Positions 46,004-58,049 of a stretch of DNA of 64,000 bases are shown here, piece after piece (position 1 is the first letter of the stretch; every line of letters starts with the position of its first letter). The notes below the pieces were generated by a model. It saw only the letters and a list, made by a program, of their open reading frames with translations. It had not been told where the DNA came from and did not search any database. Origin of the DNA: a virus. Its lineage: Duplodnaviria > Heunggongvirae > Uroviricota > Caudoviricetes. Position numbers and translations under genes: made by a program. Location of the stretch: the IMG/VR virus record IMGVR_UViG_3300044807_000039, positions 1 through 64,000 of that record. One strand, 5' to 3'.

Positions 46004-46186
46004 GTGATGTACGATCAGGAGTACAATAGAAAAGCGTACATGGAACGTATCCAGGCATTGCGCTTTTCGGGTGCTGCTGGTCCACACAAGAGCTTGGAAC
46101 GTTACCCGCTTTACCTCGATGAGGATGACGAACAGGATTTTGAGCTGTTTGACTGGCTGGGGGATCCAGATGGTGACCCAAAGTAG
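46004..46186 (+). CDS. hypothetical acidic small protein
   Basis: 60 aa. Confidence 0.4.
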   Translation: MMYDQEYNRKAYMERIQALRFSGAAGPHKSLERYPLYLDEDDEQDFELFDWLGDPDGDPK

Positions 46187-46188
46187 TT

Positions 46189-46217
46189 GTTGACAGGCTA
46201 GCTTCCAAGGTATAGAG
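46189..46217 (+). promoter_or_regulatory. consensus promoter TTGACA-N17-TAGAGT
   Basis: TTGACA 46189-94, TAGAGT 46212-17. Confidence 0.6.
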
Positions 46218-46254
46218 TTACACCTAACAGCAAACGAACAACACGGAGGATCAC

Positions 46255-47274
46255 ATGCCTGCTAACATCGAAACCGTAGAAGAAATGGCCGCTTTCGCTT
46301 CCCGTCGAGTTCCCGCTTGGCACGGACTTGGCACGGTAGCCAACGTCGATTCGCTGACCTGCATGGAAATCCTCGAACTTGCGCACATGAGTAACTGGAA
46401 TGTGCGCTTGCAGAGTGTTCCGAAGAGCACCCCAGATCTGACGTTTGACAAGGAAAGCTTCTACGTTGTCCGCGATAACCCGTTTATCGAGGGACAGAAG
46501 GATGTTCTTGGGACGGTTTCGGAGCGTTACAACGTGTTCAGCAATGAAAACACCTTTGGCTTTGGCGATGCACTGGTTAACGCCGGTACCGCTCGCAAGG
46601 AAAAGATGTCCTGGGAGACCGCTGGCTCTATTGATGGTGGACGTAAGATCTTTGGTTCGCTCGCCCTTGAGCGTGAGATCTCTATTGATATGAACGGTGC
46701 AAACGACACCGTAAAGATGTTCCTGCTTGTGGTAACCTCACACGATGGTAGCTCCAAGCTTACTGTTCTGGTCACTCCGGTTCGGGTTGTTTGCCAGAAC
46801 ACGCTTAATTTTGCACTTAAAGGCGCAGACCAGCAGTTCAAAATCAAGCACACTGCTTCGATGGAGGACAAGGTTCAGGAAGCTCGTGACACGCTCAACC
46901 TGACTGAAAAGTACATTGAGGTATTTGAAAAGACCGCAACGGACCTCTTCCAGACCAAGGTCACCAACCAGCAGTTCTTTGAAATTGTCAAGGGAATTCA
47001 CGGCGACACGCCAGAAGACAACGTTAAGGGTCGTACGACTCGTTGGCAGAAGAAGATTGACGAAGCGATGGAGCTGTGGAAGGATAGCACCCAAGCGAAC
47101 ATTGCTGGAACTGCCTGGGGTGCCGTGAACGCACTTACCGAGCAGGAGCAATGGAAGCGTGGAATTCGTAAGGGCAACACCGAGAATTACCTTTCGGCGG
47201 GTAGCGGTCTAGATGACGTTGCCAACGGAGCCAGGAATTCCATTTTGAAGAAGGTTCAGCTGATCATGGCCTAA
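46255..47274 (+). CDS. hypothetical protein (DUF932-like?), strong promoter and terminator
   Basis: 339 aa, RBS GGAGGA, flanked by consensus promoter and terminator. Confidence 0.5.
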   Translation: MPANIETVEEMAAFASRRVPAWHGLGTVANVDSLTCMEILELAHMSNWNVRLQSVPKSTPDLTFDKESFYVVRDNPFIEGQKDVLGTVSERYNVFSNENTFGFGDALVNAGTARKEKMSWETAGSIDGGRKIFGSLALEREISIDMNGANDTVKMFLLVVTSHDGSSKLTVLVTPVRVVCQNTLNFALKGADQQFKIKHTASMEDKVQEARDTLNLTEKYIEVFEKTATDLFQTKVTNQQFFEIVKGIHGDTPEDNVKGRTTRWQKKIDEAMELWKDSTQANIAGTAWGAVNALTEQEQWKRGIRKGNTENYLSAGSGLDDVANGARNSILKKVQLIMA

Positions 47275-47289
47275 CCTGCACTGCCAGTA

Positions 47290-47320
47290 GGGGCACCTCT
47301 TCGGAGGTGCCCCTTAGTTT
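47290..47320 (+). terminator. rho-independent terminator
   Basis: GGGGCACCTC-TTCG-GAGGTGCCCC + TTAGTTT. Confidence 0.65.
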
Positions 47321-47526
47321 CATCCTTTTAAAGGGAGCCACATGCGAATTAAGAACAACGCCGGTTTCGTTTTCATTTGGCCGGAAGGTAGTAGAATTGT
47401 AGAGGTTTTCCATTCTTTGGTGAGTTATCCCGATCTGCCCTTTGAGGTAGTAGATATGGAAAATCTCCCCCATTCAGATTCAAATCTTCGACAACTTGCC
47501 AATAGCACCCGAGAGTACGCGAGCCT

Positions 47527-47994
47527 ATGAGTAAGAACGGATATAAAATTGATGTCAGCTGGTCGCAGCTATATAGGTATTCAATGCTACATGGATTGGA
47601 ATATTGTAGGTTGTGTTTTTCTAACGAAAACTTGACCTTTGATCATATCATTCCCCGAGCCTTTAATGGCACAAATACTATTGATAACATCACTATCCTT
47701 TGTGCGAGCTGTAATAATGCCAAGGGAACCAATTATATGTCAAACCTAACGTCCTTGGCTAAGGTTAGCCCCATGGGCTGGACAAAAAAGCCAATGCAGT
47801 ATTTGACGTTAGGAGATTTTATACTTGCTGGAACCGTTGTAAATATGAAAACCTACGTTGCTACACGTAAATTAGCCATCGAGTGTGAAGGTGCACCTTG
47901 GCCTAATCGTGCTGGTGGAAAAGGAATAGATACTAGTCTACCGTATTGCTGGGTTTTCGTGGGCGCTCATTCAAGGGAATTAGTCAATGCATAG
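47527..47994 (+). CDS. HNH endonuclease
   Basis: 'CRLC...DHIIP...LCASCNNAKG'. Confidence 0.75.
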   Translation: MSKNGYKIDVSWSQLYRYSMLHGLEYCRLCFSNENLTFDHIIPRAFNGTNTIDNITILCASCNNAKGTNYMSNLTSLAKVSPMGWTKKPMQYLTLGDFILAGTVVNMKTYVATRKLAIECEGAPWPNRAGGKGIDTSLPYCWVFVGAHSRELVNA

Positions 47995-48003
47995 TCAAAA
48001 GAA

Positions 48004-48408
48004 TTGGAAGTATCTATGAAGTCTCGCAAATGGCTTATTGATCAAGGTCTGGCCAAGCCAACACGTGGTCGTTTGTCCGGGGCAGCGAAGCAGGCTTTAG
48101 CTAAGGCTATTGCTGAAGGCATGCAGTTCGACGACATGCAGGGTATTGAGCCCACAAATGTAATTACAGCAGCTGTCAGGAAGCCCGCTAAGCGGCATGC
48201 CCCGGTAATCGTTGTAACAAAACCTCAAAGGACCCAAAAGTTAATTTGGGGTTTGGACAAGGGTAAAAAGCTGGGGATGCAGGATCTCTCTATTGCTTTT
48301 AGTAGCTGTGATGGTTGTGGAAAACCAATTCAGTACTGCACCCACGATGAGCCTAAGCTGCCAAATTGGTTGACTAGCAAAGTATATTGGGAGAAACCAA
48401 ATGGCTGA
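48004..48408 (+). CDS. Lsr2-like DNA-binding protein (N-terminal Lsr2 C-domain-like motif)
   Basis: 'SRKWLIDQGLAKPTRGRLSGAAKQALAKAI' resembles Lsr2 DNA-binding 'RxWAxxxG...RGRI' motif. Confidence 0.45.
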   Translation: MEVSMKSRKWLIDQGLAKPTRGRLSGAAKQALAKAIAEGMQFDDMQGIEPTNVITAAVRKPAKRHAPVIVVTKPQRTQKLIWGLDKGKKLGMQDLSIAFSSCDGCGKPIQYCTHDEPKLPNWLTSKVYWEKPNG

Positions 48409-49040
48409 TAAATTCAGATTTGTCACCTTGACCAAGGAGGGCAAGCGCGAGGAACACGAATTTACTGATAGATACAAGGCGTACATTGAGCGCAGTCAAT
48501 GCAATTCTAAATGTGGACATAACCAGAAATATAAATTCGTTGGTCCGGTTAAAACAATAAAGGGATAGGAGTTGATCTAATGATTGACATATTTTTTTCC
48601 TATACCAAGGACACTATAAGTCTTGTAATTTGTACGGTTCCATGGTATATCGCGTACCCAGCTACAATCGTTAACGGTCTATGTAATCTTACTCGTGGTC
48701 GTTTTTGTTACCTGCACCTGTGGATGTTCACGTTGGCCGCGAATCATAGCACTCCAGTCATTGAATTACCAGTGTCAGATGAGCAAGCAGAGCTAACTAT
48801 GAGTAACCTAAGCTGGCCTAGAAGGAGTAGCTAAAAGGGTATTACCGTGGGTATCTACTCAAATCGTACATACGCTGCGTAGTCACACATAATCGCTTAG
48901 TACGGATAGTGACGGCAGTCAAGCCCAAAACACCTCATCGTGACCTACATCACTCTGTTGGACCATTGCAATCTCACTGTCTGTTGCCGTAGGTTGAAGT
49001 CAAGCCCGGAAGGGGAGAGCAACTAGAACGGAGCAAGACA

Positions 49041-49535
49041 ATGGAACCTACAGTTGACCTATCCATCAACAGCGCTACTGGCAACCACAGGATCGTAATC
49101 GTGTTAGGTGAGGAGAGGACCCCACTAGGACTGTCGGCAGCTGCAAAGCTGGCTGCTGACATCTCTACAGTCATCTCCTTCGCAATGAAGTACGCCACCG
49201 CTCCAGACAAGGAAGATGAGGAGATCACCGAGCCTGCCAGGCTTTCATCCGTACCAGATCGAGATCTTGACATGGATGCAGACTTGGGTACGGACGAGCA
49301 TGACGAGCCAATCCCAGCTAAGGTAGTTTGGCATCGACGGGAGGCGGGGTCTGGCCAATACGTAGCAGATCTTCCCGGAAGGCGCAAGGCTTTGGCCTAC
49401 CAGGAGCCTAATTCCAAGGGGTGGAATGTCAAGGTTGGTAACAAGAAGCTCAACAGGCAGCCGCTCCGGACCAAAGCCGACGCATACGAGCAGGTCACCA
49501 TCTACCTCAACGACCCTAGCAAGGTATCGGTCTAG
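49041..49535 (+). CDS. hypothetical acidic protein
   Basis: 164 aa. Confidence 0.45.
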   Translation: MEPTVDLSINSATGNHRIVIVLGEERTPLGLSAAAKLAADISTVISFAMKYATAPDKEDEEITEPARLSSVPDRDLDMDADLGTDEHDEPIPAKVVWHRREAGSGQYVADLPGRRKALAYQEPNSKGWNVKVGNKKLNRQPLRTKADAYEQVTIYLNDPSKVSV

Positions 49536-49571
49536 ACAAAGGCGTCGATGGTCTAGACAGAACGTACATAA

Positions 49572-49603
49572 GGGTGGTACCTTCGGGTACCACCCTTTGT
49601 TCT
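49572..49603 (+). terminator. rho-independent terminator
   Basis: GGGTGGTACC-TTCG-GGTACCACCC + TTTGTT. Confidence 0.65.
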
Positions 49604-50329
49604 TGTCTATGAAAGGATTAGCATGCAGAATTGTCAACAAGAAGTTGTTTGTGATGGAAACGTGCATCTGATGCCAGAAGATGACGGCTTCGATCACGTA
49701 GAAAGCATGCATTGCATGTGCTCTCCGACCCTTGGGCTAATTCCAAATAAATTGGAAATGCCAAGGGATATCAAGACCTCGATGTGGTTCGTACACCATG
49801 GTCTTGATGGTAGTTTCTTCAAGAATCTCCCCGAATAGCCCTTGTGAGCCCCTCCCCGGGTCGAGTAGAATATCCGTATAGCCTTAACCGAAGGAGAGTA
49901 TTATGTTGATTAAGACCGCGTATGCTCCTTCGGGAGAGACCTTTAAGTTTGATCATTTCTTCCGTGCTATTGGAAGACCGGTCTACAGGGATCAAGCAGG
50001 GACCAAGCTCGTTGGCTACGTCCATTCAGTTGAGTTCAACGACGATCTAACCGTGGCATATATTAAGGTGCGTGAGGTATGACCGACAAAGCCTATCCAA
50101 TCCCTCTAATAGTGGGCATGTTCAAGGCTATTGAGACTGACCCTAGACTGGATGACGACTATGAGGGCGAGCAGCTTGAGCGTGTGGCCGTGTACATCTC
50201 CTGGGTCGTCGTGCGGCACCTTAAGCCTGATTTCGAGGAGCTACAGCGCCACTGGAGGTTCCTCACTCCAACAGTTCGAAGACGGTATCGAGATGATGCC
50301 AGAGCCCTAATCAATTATATGGAGTCCGA

Positions 50330-50833
50330 ATGATCTTTGTACCTGACCCAGAAGACCTAATTGAAATAACCATTCGTGGTCGTCGCCGTAAGCTGCTAGT
50401 CGATTATACCGAGGAGCTTGATAGCGAAGATCTGTTTAAGAAAGTCGTCAGGAAGCCCCGCACGCGCACCTTTACAACCTCTATTACCAGCCCGGATGAA
50501 GATGACGGCGACCCTTTTATTGTAATAAAGGTGCTTGAGCAGGCTAAAGACCGTGAGCTCGCCAAGATAGACAGGCAGATACAGGAGCTTAGGACTAGAC
50601 GCAATAAGCTTGTTGGAGTAAGCTACTACAAGCTAGATGCTGGTGTTTATCCGGATGTCTATTACCGAGCGAAAGATGGTGTCAGGTTGCAGATGTTCAT
50701 TGATGACGTTTGGAAAGACTCCCAGTACAAGACAGCGGAAGACTTCGAAAGGACGTACTACACTTCATATAGCACTGTTACTTTTGCTGATCTCCCGGAG
50801 ACAATTAAAAAACACGAGCGTGATTGCGAGTGA
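50330..50833 (+). CDS. hypothetical protein
   Basis: 167 aa. Confidence 0.45.
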   Translation: MIFVPDPEDLIEITIRGRRRKLLVDYTEELDSEDLFKKVVRKPRTRTFTTSITSPDEDDGDPFIVIKVLEQAKDRELAKIDRQIQELRTRRNKLVGVSYYKLDAGVYPDVYYRAKDGVRLQMFIDDVWKDSQYKTAEDFERTYYTSYSTVTFADLPETIKKHERDCE

Positions 50834-50880
50834 ACTAAATTCAAAAAATATCTATATATACTACCGCCTAAGGAGCGATT

Positions 50881-51336
50881 ATGCAGGGGACAGCAAAAAA
50901 CCTAGTCTATGTACCGCTGATTGCCGCAGCTATTCTATTTGCACAGGGTTGCGATGCTATGACCGACACATCTGCTCAGGATGCTCAGCAAATGGGTTTC
51001 TGCTCTAACGCAGCTGGTGATCGTGTATCTGATGACGATTGCGGCGACTACGACGACCAAGGAATTGCTCTTGCTCCTGCACACCCGGGCTACTACTACA
51101 TGTGGATGCCCATGAATAGCCCTTACAACGTTCCACCTATGGGGCAGCGTTATCCGTCAACCATTGGTAGCAGAACAGTTCCCAAGGGAACTCCGATTGC
51201 AAAAGGAATTCCTGCTACCGGTGGTTCTCCTAGCGCAATTCAGCGCGGGGGATTTGGAATTAAGTCCGGTACTACTGGTGGTTCTGCTAAAGGCGCAACC
51301 GGCGGTAGTGTTGGCGGAAAGTCAGCGGGGAGCTAA
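50881..51336 (+). CDS. secreted lipoprotein, Gly-rich C-terminus
   Basis: signal peptide + lipobox 'FAQGC'. Confidence 0.5.
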   Translation: MQGTAKNLVYVPLIAAAILFAQGCDAMTDTSAQDAQQMGFCSNAAGDRVSDDDCGDYDDQGIALAPAHPGYYYMWMPMNSPYNVPPMGQRYPSTIGSRTVPKGTPIAKGIPATGGSPSAIQRGGFGIKSGTTGGSAKGATGGSVGGKSAGS

Positions 51337-51364
51337 TGGGATTTATAAATAGAGATTCTGGAAT

Positions 51365-51514
51365 GACCTGTGGGCGATGTTCTAAACTGACAGGAAATAA
51401 TCATCAAGGCCATTATTGGTCCTATTGCAAGGTCACCAAGAGCCTTCGGAAGTTTCACTTTTGTTGTCCGGATGACTGTGAACTTGAAGAACTAAAGCCG
51501 GACGAGAAATAAAT
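51365..51514 (+). CDS. mini zinc-ribbon protein (49 aa), 'MTC' family
   Basis: MTCGRCSKLT...FCCPDDC. Confidence 0.4.
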
Positions 51515-51531
51515 ATAATCAAAGGAATCTA

Positions 51532-51888
51532 GTGAACAAGTTTGAAACAAAAGATAGCGGAGAACGTGAGGAGTACGCTAGTGGTATGCGTCGGGATACT
51601 CAGGATGGGAAACCAAACTTCGGCTTGACGCAGCCACTAGCTGTACCCTACGATGAGCAGATGCTTACTCGCTTTGCAGCATTGATGACCCGGGGAGCCG
51701 AGAAGTATGGAATTCGCAACTGGGAAATTGCAAATAGCGAAGAAGAATTAGAAAGATTCAAGGGTAGCGCATTCAGACACTTCCAGCAATGGTATTGCGG
51801 GGAAACGGATGAAGATCACGCAGCTGCTATTTGGTTTAATGTCATGTGTGCTGAGTTTGTTAAGGGTAGGCTTGCTGGTCTGTGGTAG
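51532..51888 (+). CDS. hypothetical protein
   Basis: 118 aa. Confidence 0.45.
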   Translation: MNKFETKDSGEREEYASGMRRDTQDGKPNFGLTQPLAVPYDEQMLTRFAALMTRGAEKYGIRNWEIANSEEELERFKGSAFRHFQQWYCGETDEDHAAAIWFNVMCAEFVKGRLAGLW

Positions 51889-52108
51889 GTCTTGTGCTAA
51901 TTTTATTGGTCTGCTAGGCTACCTCTACTACCAAGGAGGCAGCCATGGAAAATCCACGTCTGAGTTGGCTAGACCAGCAACGTTTGATTGCAGAGCGCGA
52001 TCTATACAGGAAGTTGCTTGAGGAAACCCAAAAAGAGTACGAGGACTTCAAAAAGCTGCACCAATATTGTTCACCCGATTTGCCTGACCTAGACAACATG
52101 GAGTTTTA

Positions 52109-52552
52109 ATGGCTATTCTTTTATTGGTGATCATTGGGGTGCTAGCTTACGGTGTCCCCGCCACAATTATTACTCGTGCATATTATATGCAAGTAACAAA
52201 AACTATTAAAAAGCGTGCATATGACTTCGCTAAACGCAATTCAGAATACTCAAGTAATGTCGATTCTTATTACTTGACTATGGTGCGCGTCATGCGTTTT
52301 TGGTTGGTCATCAAATGCTTGCTCTGCTTTATTTTTTGGCCAATTGCCGGTACCGGAATGTTTATTACTCGGGGTAAAACCAAGGAGGAAAAGCTTGAGG
52401 AGCTTAGGCAGGCCATGCGTGAACTTTTGCTCAAGGATATTAAATATTGGAAAAATCAAGCAAAGCTTCCTGGCATGGGAGAAATCGCAGCGATGAATAT
52501 TGACATCCTCAACCAGCAGATCTTGTCCTTATCAAGGGTAGACAATGACTAA
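52109..52552 (+). CDS. membrane protein
   Basis: TM helices. Confidence 0.4.
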   Translation: MAILLLVIIGVLAYGVPATIITRAYYMQVTKTIKKRAYDFAKRNSEYSSNVDSYYLTMVRVMRFWLVIKCLLCFIFWPIAGTGMFITRGKTKEEKLEELRQAMRELLLKDIKYWKNQAKLPGMGEIAAMNIDILNQQILSLSRVDND

Positions 52553-52895
52553 AGAATATAATCCTCCTCCACCCCGCTCGGACCTTCGTTGGTTGGGTGT
52601 TGACCTGGATGGCACGCTAGCCGAACCAATATGGACTCCAGATAATCCCACGAGTGAAATTGGTAATCCGCTTCCTAATAACGTTGCAAAACTTAAAAGG
52701 GCGGTTGCTAAAGGATTCAAGGTGGTTATTCATACTTCTCGCCCATGGACTGATTACGAGCATATTGAGTATTGGCTACGCTTCCATGAAATTCCTTTCA
52801 AGGAAATCCAGTGCGGGAAGCCACTTTATTACCGTTATATCGATGATAGAGGTTTTCATGCCGATGAAAATAATAATAGTTCCGAGTGGGTGTAG
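52545..52895 (+). CDS. small HAD-family phosphatase
   Basis: 'LGVDLDGTLA' DxDGT motif. Confidence 0.55.
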   Translation: MTKEYNPPPPRSDLRWLGVDLDGTLAEPIWTPDNPTSEIGNPLPNNVAKLKRAVAKGFKVVIHTSRPWTDYEHIEYWLRFHEIPFKEIQCGKPLYYRYIDDRGFHADENNNSSEWV

Positions 52896-53218
52896 ATACT
52901 GCGGCTTAGAAAAGCGATTGCATTATCGTTGCTGGACTGATGCCGCCGGTTGGCATCAATATACTGAACCAACCTCCCAACAAATTAAAGCTAGAATGCT
53001 AGAACGGAGAAACAGTGGCCAATGAAACTAAGTGGAAGACTACCTTTATTCCACATGGCAAGCGCCCGGTATCCTTTAGCTATTCTGGCAAGGATGCCGA
53101 GAGTCAAGCAAGGAAGACCTTTGATTATAATCGAAAGCAGGTCGGTGAGTCTAAGCTGGAGCGAACAGGCCCTAGAGGTGGATGGGTGATGATAAATCAC
53201 ATTTTCAAAATCAAGTAG

Positions 53219-53247
53219 TTGACTGCCCTTGACAGGGCTGTTACGCT
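53219..53247 (+). promoter_or_regulatory. promoter TTGACT-N17-TACGCT (second TTGACA 53229)
   Basis: tandem -35-like hexamers. Confidence 0.35.
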
Positions 53248-53917
53248 AGGCTCATGCCATTCATATATCAGAAGCCAGTGAGCGAGCGGGTGACCTTCAT
53301 TCATCGGGTCACCTGGTTCGACACTGTCCTATGGATGCTATGGCGTACTATCCTATTCATACTAGCTTGCATAGGGTGGGTGCTCAAGCGTGCGTGGATA
53401 GTCCTGTGTTGGCTGTACGAGCTGCTACGCTATCGTAGACTCACCAGAAGCTACAAGGACTACGACGGAGACCTGTGATGCTCAATAGCCTAGAGGCCAG
53501 GATCTTTCACGAGGTTTTGCTAGTGCACCTAGCAAGACAGCATGACGAGCTGGGGAGGTGCATTGAGTGTACCTGTGACTTCAAAATAGAAGTTGAATTC
53601 ATGAGCTACCGGGAGCACCTGGCAGTGGTGCTAGCAGCCTGGATGAAAGCTAATGTATGCTAGAATTCAAATATGCTTCAGATATTAATTAATGCAGTCC
53701 TGTTATTGATTGAGCTTGGTATTTGCGCTGCCGCCATAGTATGGCGGGTAAAGGGTAAGCGTCCCGTCCTCAATGCTATTTTAGCAATAGTGGCAATGCT
53801 TGCCTTCTTTATCACTGTCGGTGCAATTACCATGCCCGAATGTCATCTTGTTGGCATTAGCATAGTATGTCCAGGATAATTTTGCGATTATAAATCTCCA
53901 GGTGTACACTATAAAAG

Positions 53918-54346
53918 ATGGCTAAGCACCGAGCACCACGTAAATTAAGTTTTACGGCAATCGCCCTGCCGCTCTTTCTTGCTATCTTGGCAGTACTAAG
54001 CATACTTAACTTCTCGCAAATTCGCCAGGGTGGACTAGATCATGCCATTCCTCCCTCAAATAGTGTACCTGCACAACCATCCTCCACGCCGAGTCCTACT
54101 GGTGTGTCCGTACCTAGTTCTACCAATGAGGATGTGGCCACTACAGCTCCCAAAAATGCCGGGATGCAGAATCCCCCGGCTGGAAATAACAGTGGTGTGA
54201 AGCCAATTGCACCCCCAAAAACTACAATTGCTCCTCCCTTGCCATTGCCTACCGTAGAAACTAAACCTCTGTTAAGCTTGGACAACGGAGTAGAGCTGAA
54301 TATTCCATTATTAAACCTGGGTATTACTCTAGCTCCCTTAAAATAG
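53918..54346 (+). CDS. membrane-anchored Pro-rich protein
   Basis: N-terminal TM, PT-rich. Confidence 0.4.
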   Translation: MAKHRAPRKLSFTAIALPLFLAILAVLSILNFSQIRQGGLDHAIPPSNSVPAQPSSTPSPTGVSVPSSTNEDVATTAPKNAGMQNPPAGNNSGVKPIAPPKTTIAPPLPLPTVETKPLLSLDNGVELNIPLLNLGITLAPLK

Positions 54347-54357
54347 AAAGGCAGTTC

Positions 54358-55011
54358 GTGGAACATGTAAAGTTTGATTCTATCCCTCGTCTTTATAGAA
54401 AGGCAGTTTATACCGAAAAGATTGACGGCATGAACGCCGCATTGGTAATTCAAGAATTCGATAAAGATCTTGCCGACCCAGACATGTTCCCTGTTATAAC
54501 CAGCAAGGGATCTTTTTTAATGGGCGTACAGTCTCGCACAATGACTCTTGGATCAGGCAATGATCTCAGTGGCCTATGGAAGTGGGCATTTGAAAATTCC
54601 GGACCGTTGGCCTTAACTTTAGGAGTAGGTAGGCATTATGGAGAATGGTGGGGCCAAGGAATTCAAAGAGGCTACCACCAGAAGCGCAAGTACTTCTCTC
54701 TATTTAATACCAAGCGCTGGACCTCCGAAAACACCAAAATGGTTGACGGGTTGCAGGTTGTTCCTGTACTCTACGATGGAATTCACAGCGACCAGCAGGT
54801 TTACTACACTCTTGAGCGCTTGCGCGTTGAAGGGTCGATAGCTGCAAAAATGGTTGACGACAGAAACCTTGACTTCCGGGCGGAAGGACTGGTAATCTGG
54901 CACACAACGTTGCAGCAGTACGCTAAGGTCACCCTAGATGGTGATGGCCACAAGGGCGCTGCAAAACCAAGCATTACCGAATTCAATAAGCTTTTCGGTA
55001 TCAATGTCTAG
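54358..55011 (+). CDS. minimal ligase-like nucleotidyltransferase (KxDG)
   Basis: motif I 'EKIDGMNA', motif IV 'EGLVIWH', 'KVTLDGDGHK'. Confidence 0.45.
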   Translation: MEHVKFDSIPRLYRKAVYTEKIDGMNAALVIQEFDKDLADPDMFPVITSKGSFLMGVQSRTMTLGSGNDLSGLWKWAFENSGPLALTLGVGRHYGEWWGQGIQRGYHQKRKYFSLFNTKRWTSENTKMVDGLQVVPVLYDGIHSDQQVYYTLERLRVEGSIAAKMVDDRNLDFRAEGLVIWHTTLQQYAKVTLDGDGHKGAAKPSITEFNKLFGINV

Positions 55012-55024
55012 CAAAGGATTAAAA

Positions 55025-55435
55025 ATGGAACAGATCAAGCTTAAGTCCGAGGTTAAGGATCCTTTCGTCAAAGCTCTCACCAGCGGTGAATATCCTCAGG
55101 GTCGACTCCAGCTTCGCACAAACGATGGCCGCTATTGCTGCATTGGTGTGCTCACCGATCTTGCCGCTAAGGCTGGTGTGGTGGTGTGGGACGATAATTT
55201 GGAGTGCGGCTCTGCCAGGTTCAGGTTTGGAATTATCGGCGAAAACGGATATAAGGAAACCTGCGTTATGCCCAAGGCAGTTGCCGAATGGGCATTCGAA
55301 AAGGCTCCCGATGCGCGTGGCGATGTCCCTTTTATTGATGAAAATGGGGTCCAGGTCGACACTATGATGGCCATGAATGACACGCAGGATGCAGGCTTTG
55401 TAGAGATTGCAGCCAAGGTAGAGAAGTATCTCTAA
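55025..55435 (+). CDS. hypothetical protein
   Basis: 136 aa. Confidence 0.45.
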   Translation: MEQIKLKSEVKDPFVKALTSGEYPQGRLQLRTNDGRYCCIGVLTDLAAKAGVVVWDDNLECGSARFRFGIIGENGYKETCVMPKAVAEWAFEKAPDARGDVPFIDENGVQVDTMMAMNDTQDAGFVEIAAKVEKYL

Positions 55436-55676
55436 TGGTTAATCAGGAAATCATGCTTACCATGCAGGACATGGCTTTGGGTTTACAAAACCAAATTGAT
55501 AAGCAAGGTAGGCCCATGACACCACAGGAAGTTGCAGCGGTAGCCATGGCATTTGCATTACAGCAGTCGGCGCTTTGGCTACGTGAAACCCTTGGTAAGT
55601 CGGCAGATGAAAGATTAGACCAGTCCATTTTGCTACTAAGGCATCACGAGTCTTTGTTGAATATGTAGGAGCGTTA

Positions 55677-56724
<1,048 letters not shown>

Positions 56725-56752
56725 CAAGTCGCTAGGTAACAATTAACAGCGA

Positions 56753-56787
56753 AAGGGAGATCCTAACCGGTCTCCCTTTCCTTATTT
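56753..56787 (+). terminator. rho-independent terminator
   Basis: GGGAGA..TCTCCC + TTTCCTTATTT. Confidence 0.55.
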
Positions 56788-57120
56788 GGGAGGTAGGTAT
56801 GTGCTTCTTGAAGCGTAATAAAGATAAAAAGCCTAAGCGTGTCAGAGTAGTGCTACATGACGGTAAGAAGCTCACTCCGCAGCAGGAAGCGCGGCGGAAG
56901 AAGGCACTTCGTGATCTTGGAAACCAGCAAACCCTTAAAGAATTTGGTGGCAAATGAGCAAGACACCTGATAAGGTGCAATGCGACAAGTGCAAGGATAA
57001 GTTTGGGAGCATGAAGCTCTTTCTAGAGCATCCTTGCGCCAAGAAGGGTCTTCATCCCCATGCTATTAAAATTCCTTCACAGCGATGACTATGCGAGCGC
57101 AAATCATCCGGTCACAGACC

Positions 57121-57150
57121 TTGACGAACTGGTTCGGACTGGGATAGAGT
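57121..57150 (+). promoter_or_regulatory. promoter TTGACG-N18-TAGAGT
   Basis: TTGACG 57121-26, TAGAGT 57145-50. Confidence 0.45.
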
Positions 57151-57183
57151 ACTAGTGTACCGAGCACCAAAGAGGGAGTCAAA

Positions 57184-57477
57184 ATGGCATTGTTTCGCGG
57201 ACCTGATGCAAAGCATGCACAGGATTATGTTGCAAAAAAGGGTGGACAACCAGACAAGCCTAAAGTAACAAAGAAGGTAGTTAAGGTGGCTAGCGCCAAG
57301 GCCAAGGTGGGTGCTAAGGTAGCAGTCAGCAAGGTTCGTAAAACCGCTATAAATCAGCTGAAGAAAAAGAATCTTGCTGCTAATAATGAAGATCGTTGCA
57401 TCCGCCCTGGCTGTAAGTATAAGCCTTGGAAAGGGTCGCACGTTGGTTTTTGTTATGATTGCGAACGTAAATACTAA
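57184..57477 (+). CDS. basic K/A-rich protein with C-terminal zinc motif
   Basis: histone-like KKVVKVASAKAKVGAK; 'CIRPGC..CYDCERK'. Confidence 0.45.
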   Translation: MALFRGPDAKHAQDYVAKKGGQPDKPKVTKKVVKVASAKAKVGAKVAVSKVRKTAINQLKKKNLAANNEDRCIRPGCKYKPWKGSHVGFCYDCERKY

Positions 57478-57519
57478 TTTAATATAACCAACAATAACTA
57501 AACTACAAGAGGAGTTAAT

Positions 57520-57885
57520 ATGGGTTGGGGAAGCGGCACAGGCCGGAATAAGCGTACCGGCAAAGAACGCGCCAAGGCTGGCCTGCAAATGGCCAAGAAG
57601 CTGACTATCAGTATTCCTTCTGGCAAGATTTCGAATATGAAGAAGGTTGAAGCTCTTAAGGGCGTTTATAAGACTCGTATTCGCAAAGGTCAGTGTCCGT
57701 GGTGTAGTAAAACCATGAATAAGCCAGGATACATGCACACCAAGTGTGCCAAGGAGATGTGCGAGTCGGAAGCCGATCAGTACATCGTCAACACCGATGT
57801 CGACAACAATCCCGTTGAACCTTATACTTCCGATGGCCGTAAAAAGATCAACATCCGTTGGGATGAGCCTGGATTTAAATGGTAG
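57520..57885 (+). CDS. zinc-binding hypothetical protein
   Basis: 'CPWCSK...CAKEMCE'. Confidence 0.45.
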   Translation: MGWGSGTGRNKRTGKERAKAGLQMAKKLTISIPSGKISNMKKVEALKGVYKTRIRKGQCPWCSKTMNKPGYMHTKCAKEMCESEADQYIVNTDVDNNPVEPYTSDGRKKINIRWDEPGFKW

Positions 57886-58049
57886 GCAAAAGAGTTGTTA
57901 ACTCTCCTCCGTCACCCTATTTCCCGGCAAAGAGTCGTAGAAGCAGGAAGACCACAGATATCCAATGTGATATCTGTGGGCAGTACTACACCAAAGAAAC
58001 AGCCATTAAAGAATGCTACGAATGGCACATAGGAAATAGATAGGATAAC

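Noticed and set aside
57112-57738. 208-aa minus-strand ORF
   Set aside because: Fully overlaps two well-supported plus-strand genes (57184-57477, 57520-57885) with RBS and promoter. No RBS, and low-complexity translation. Treated as spurious.
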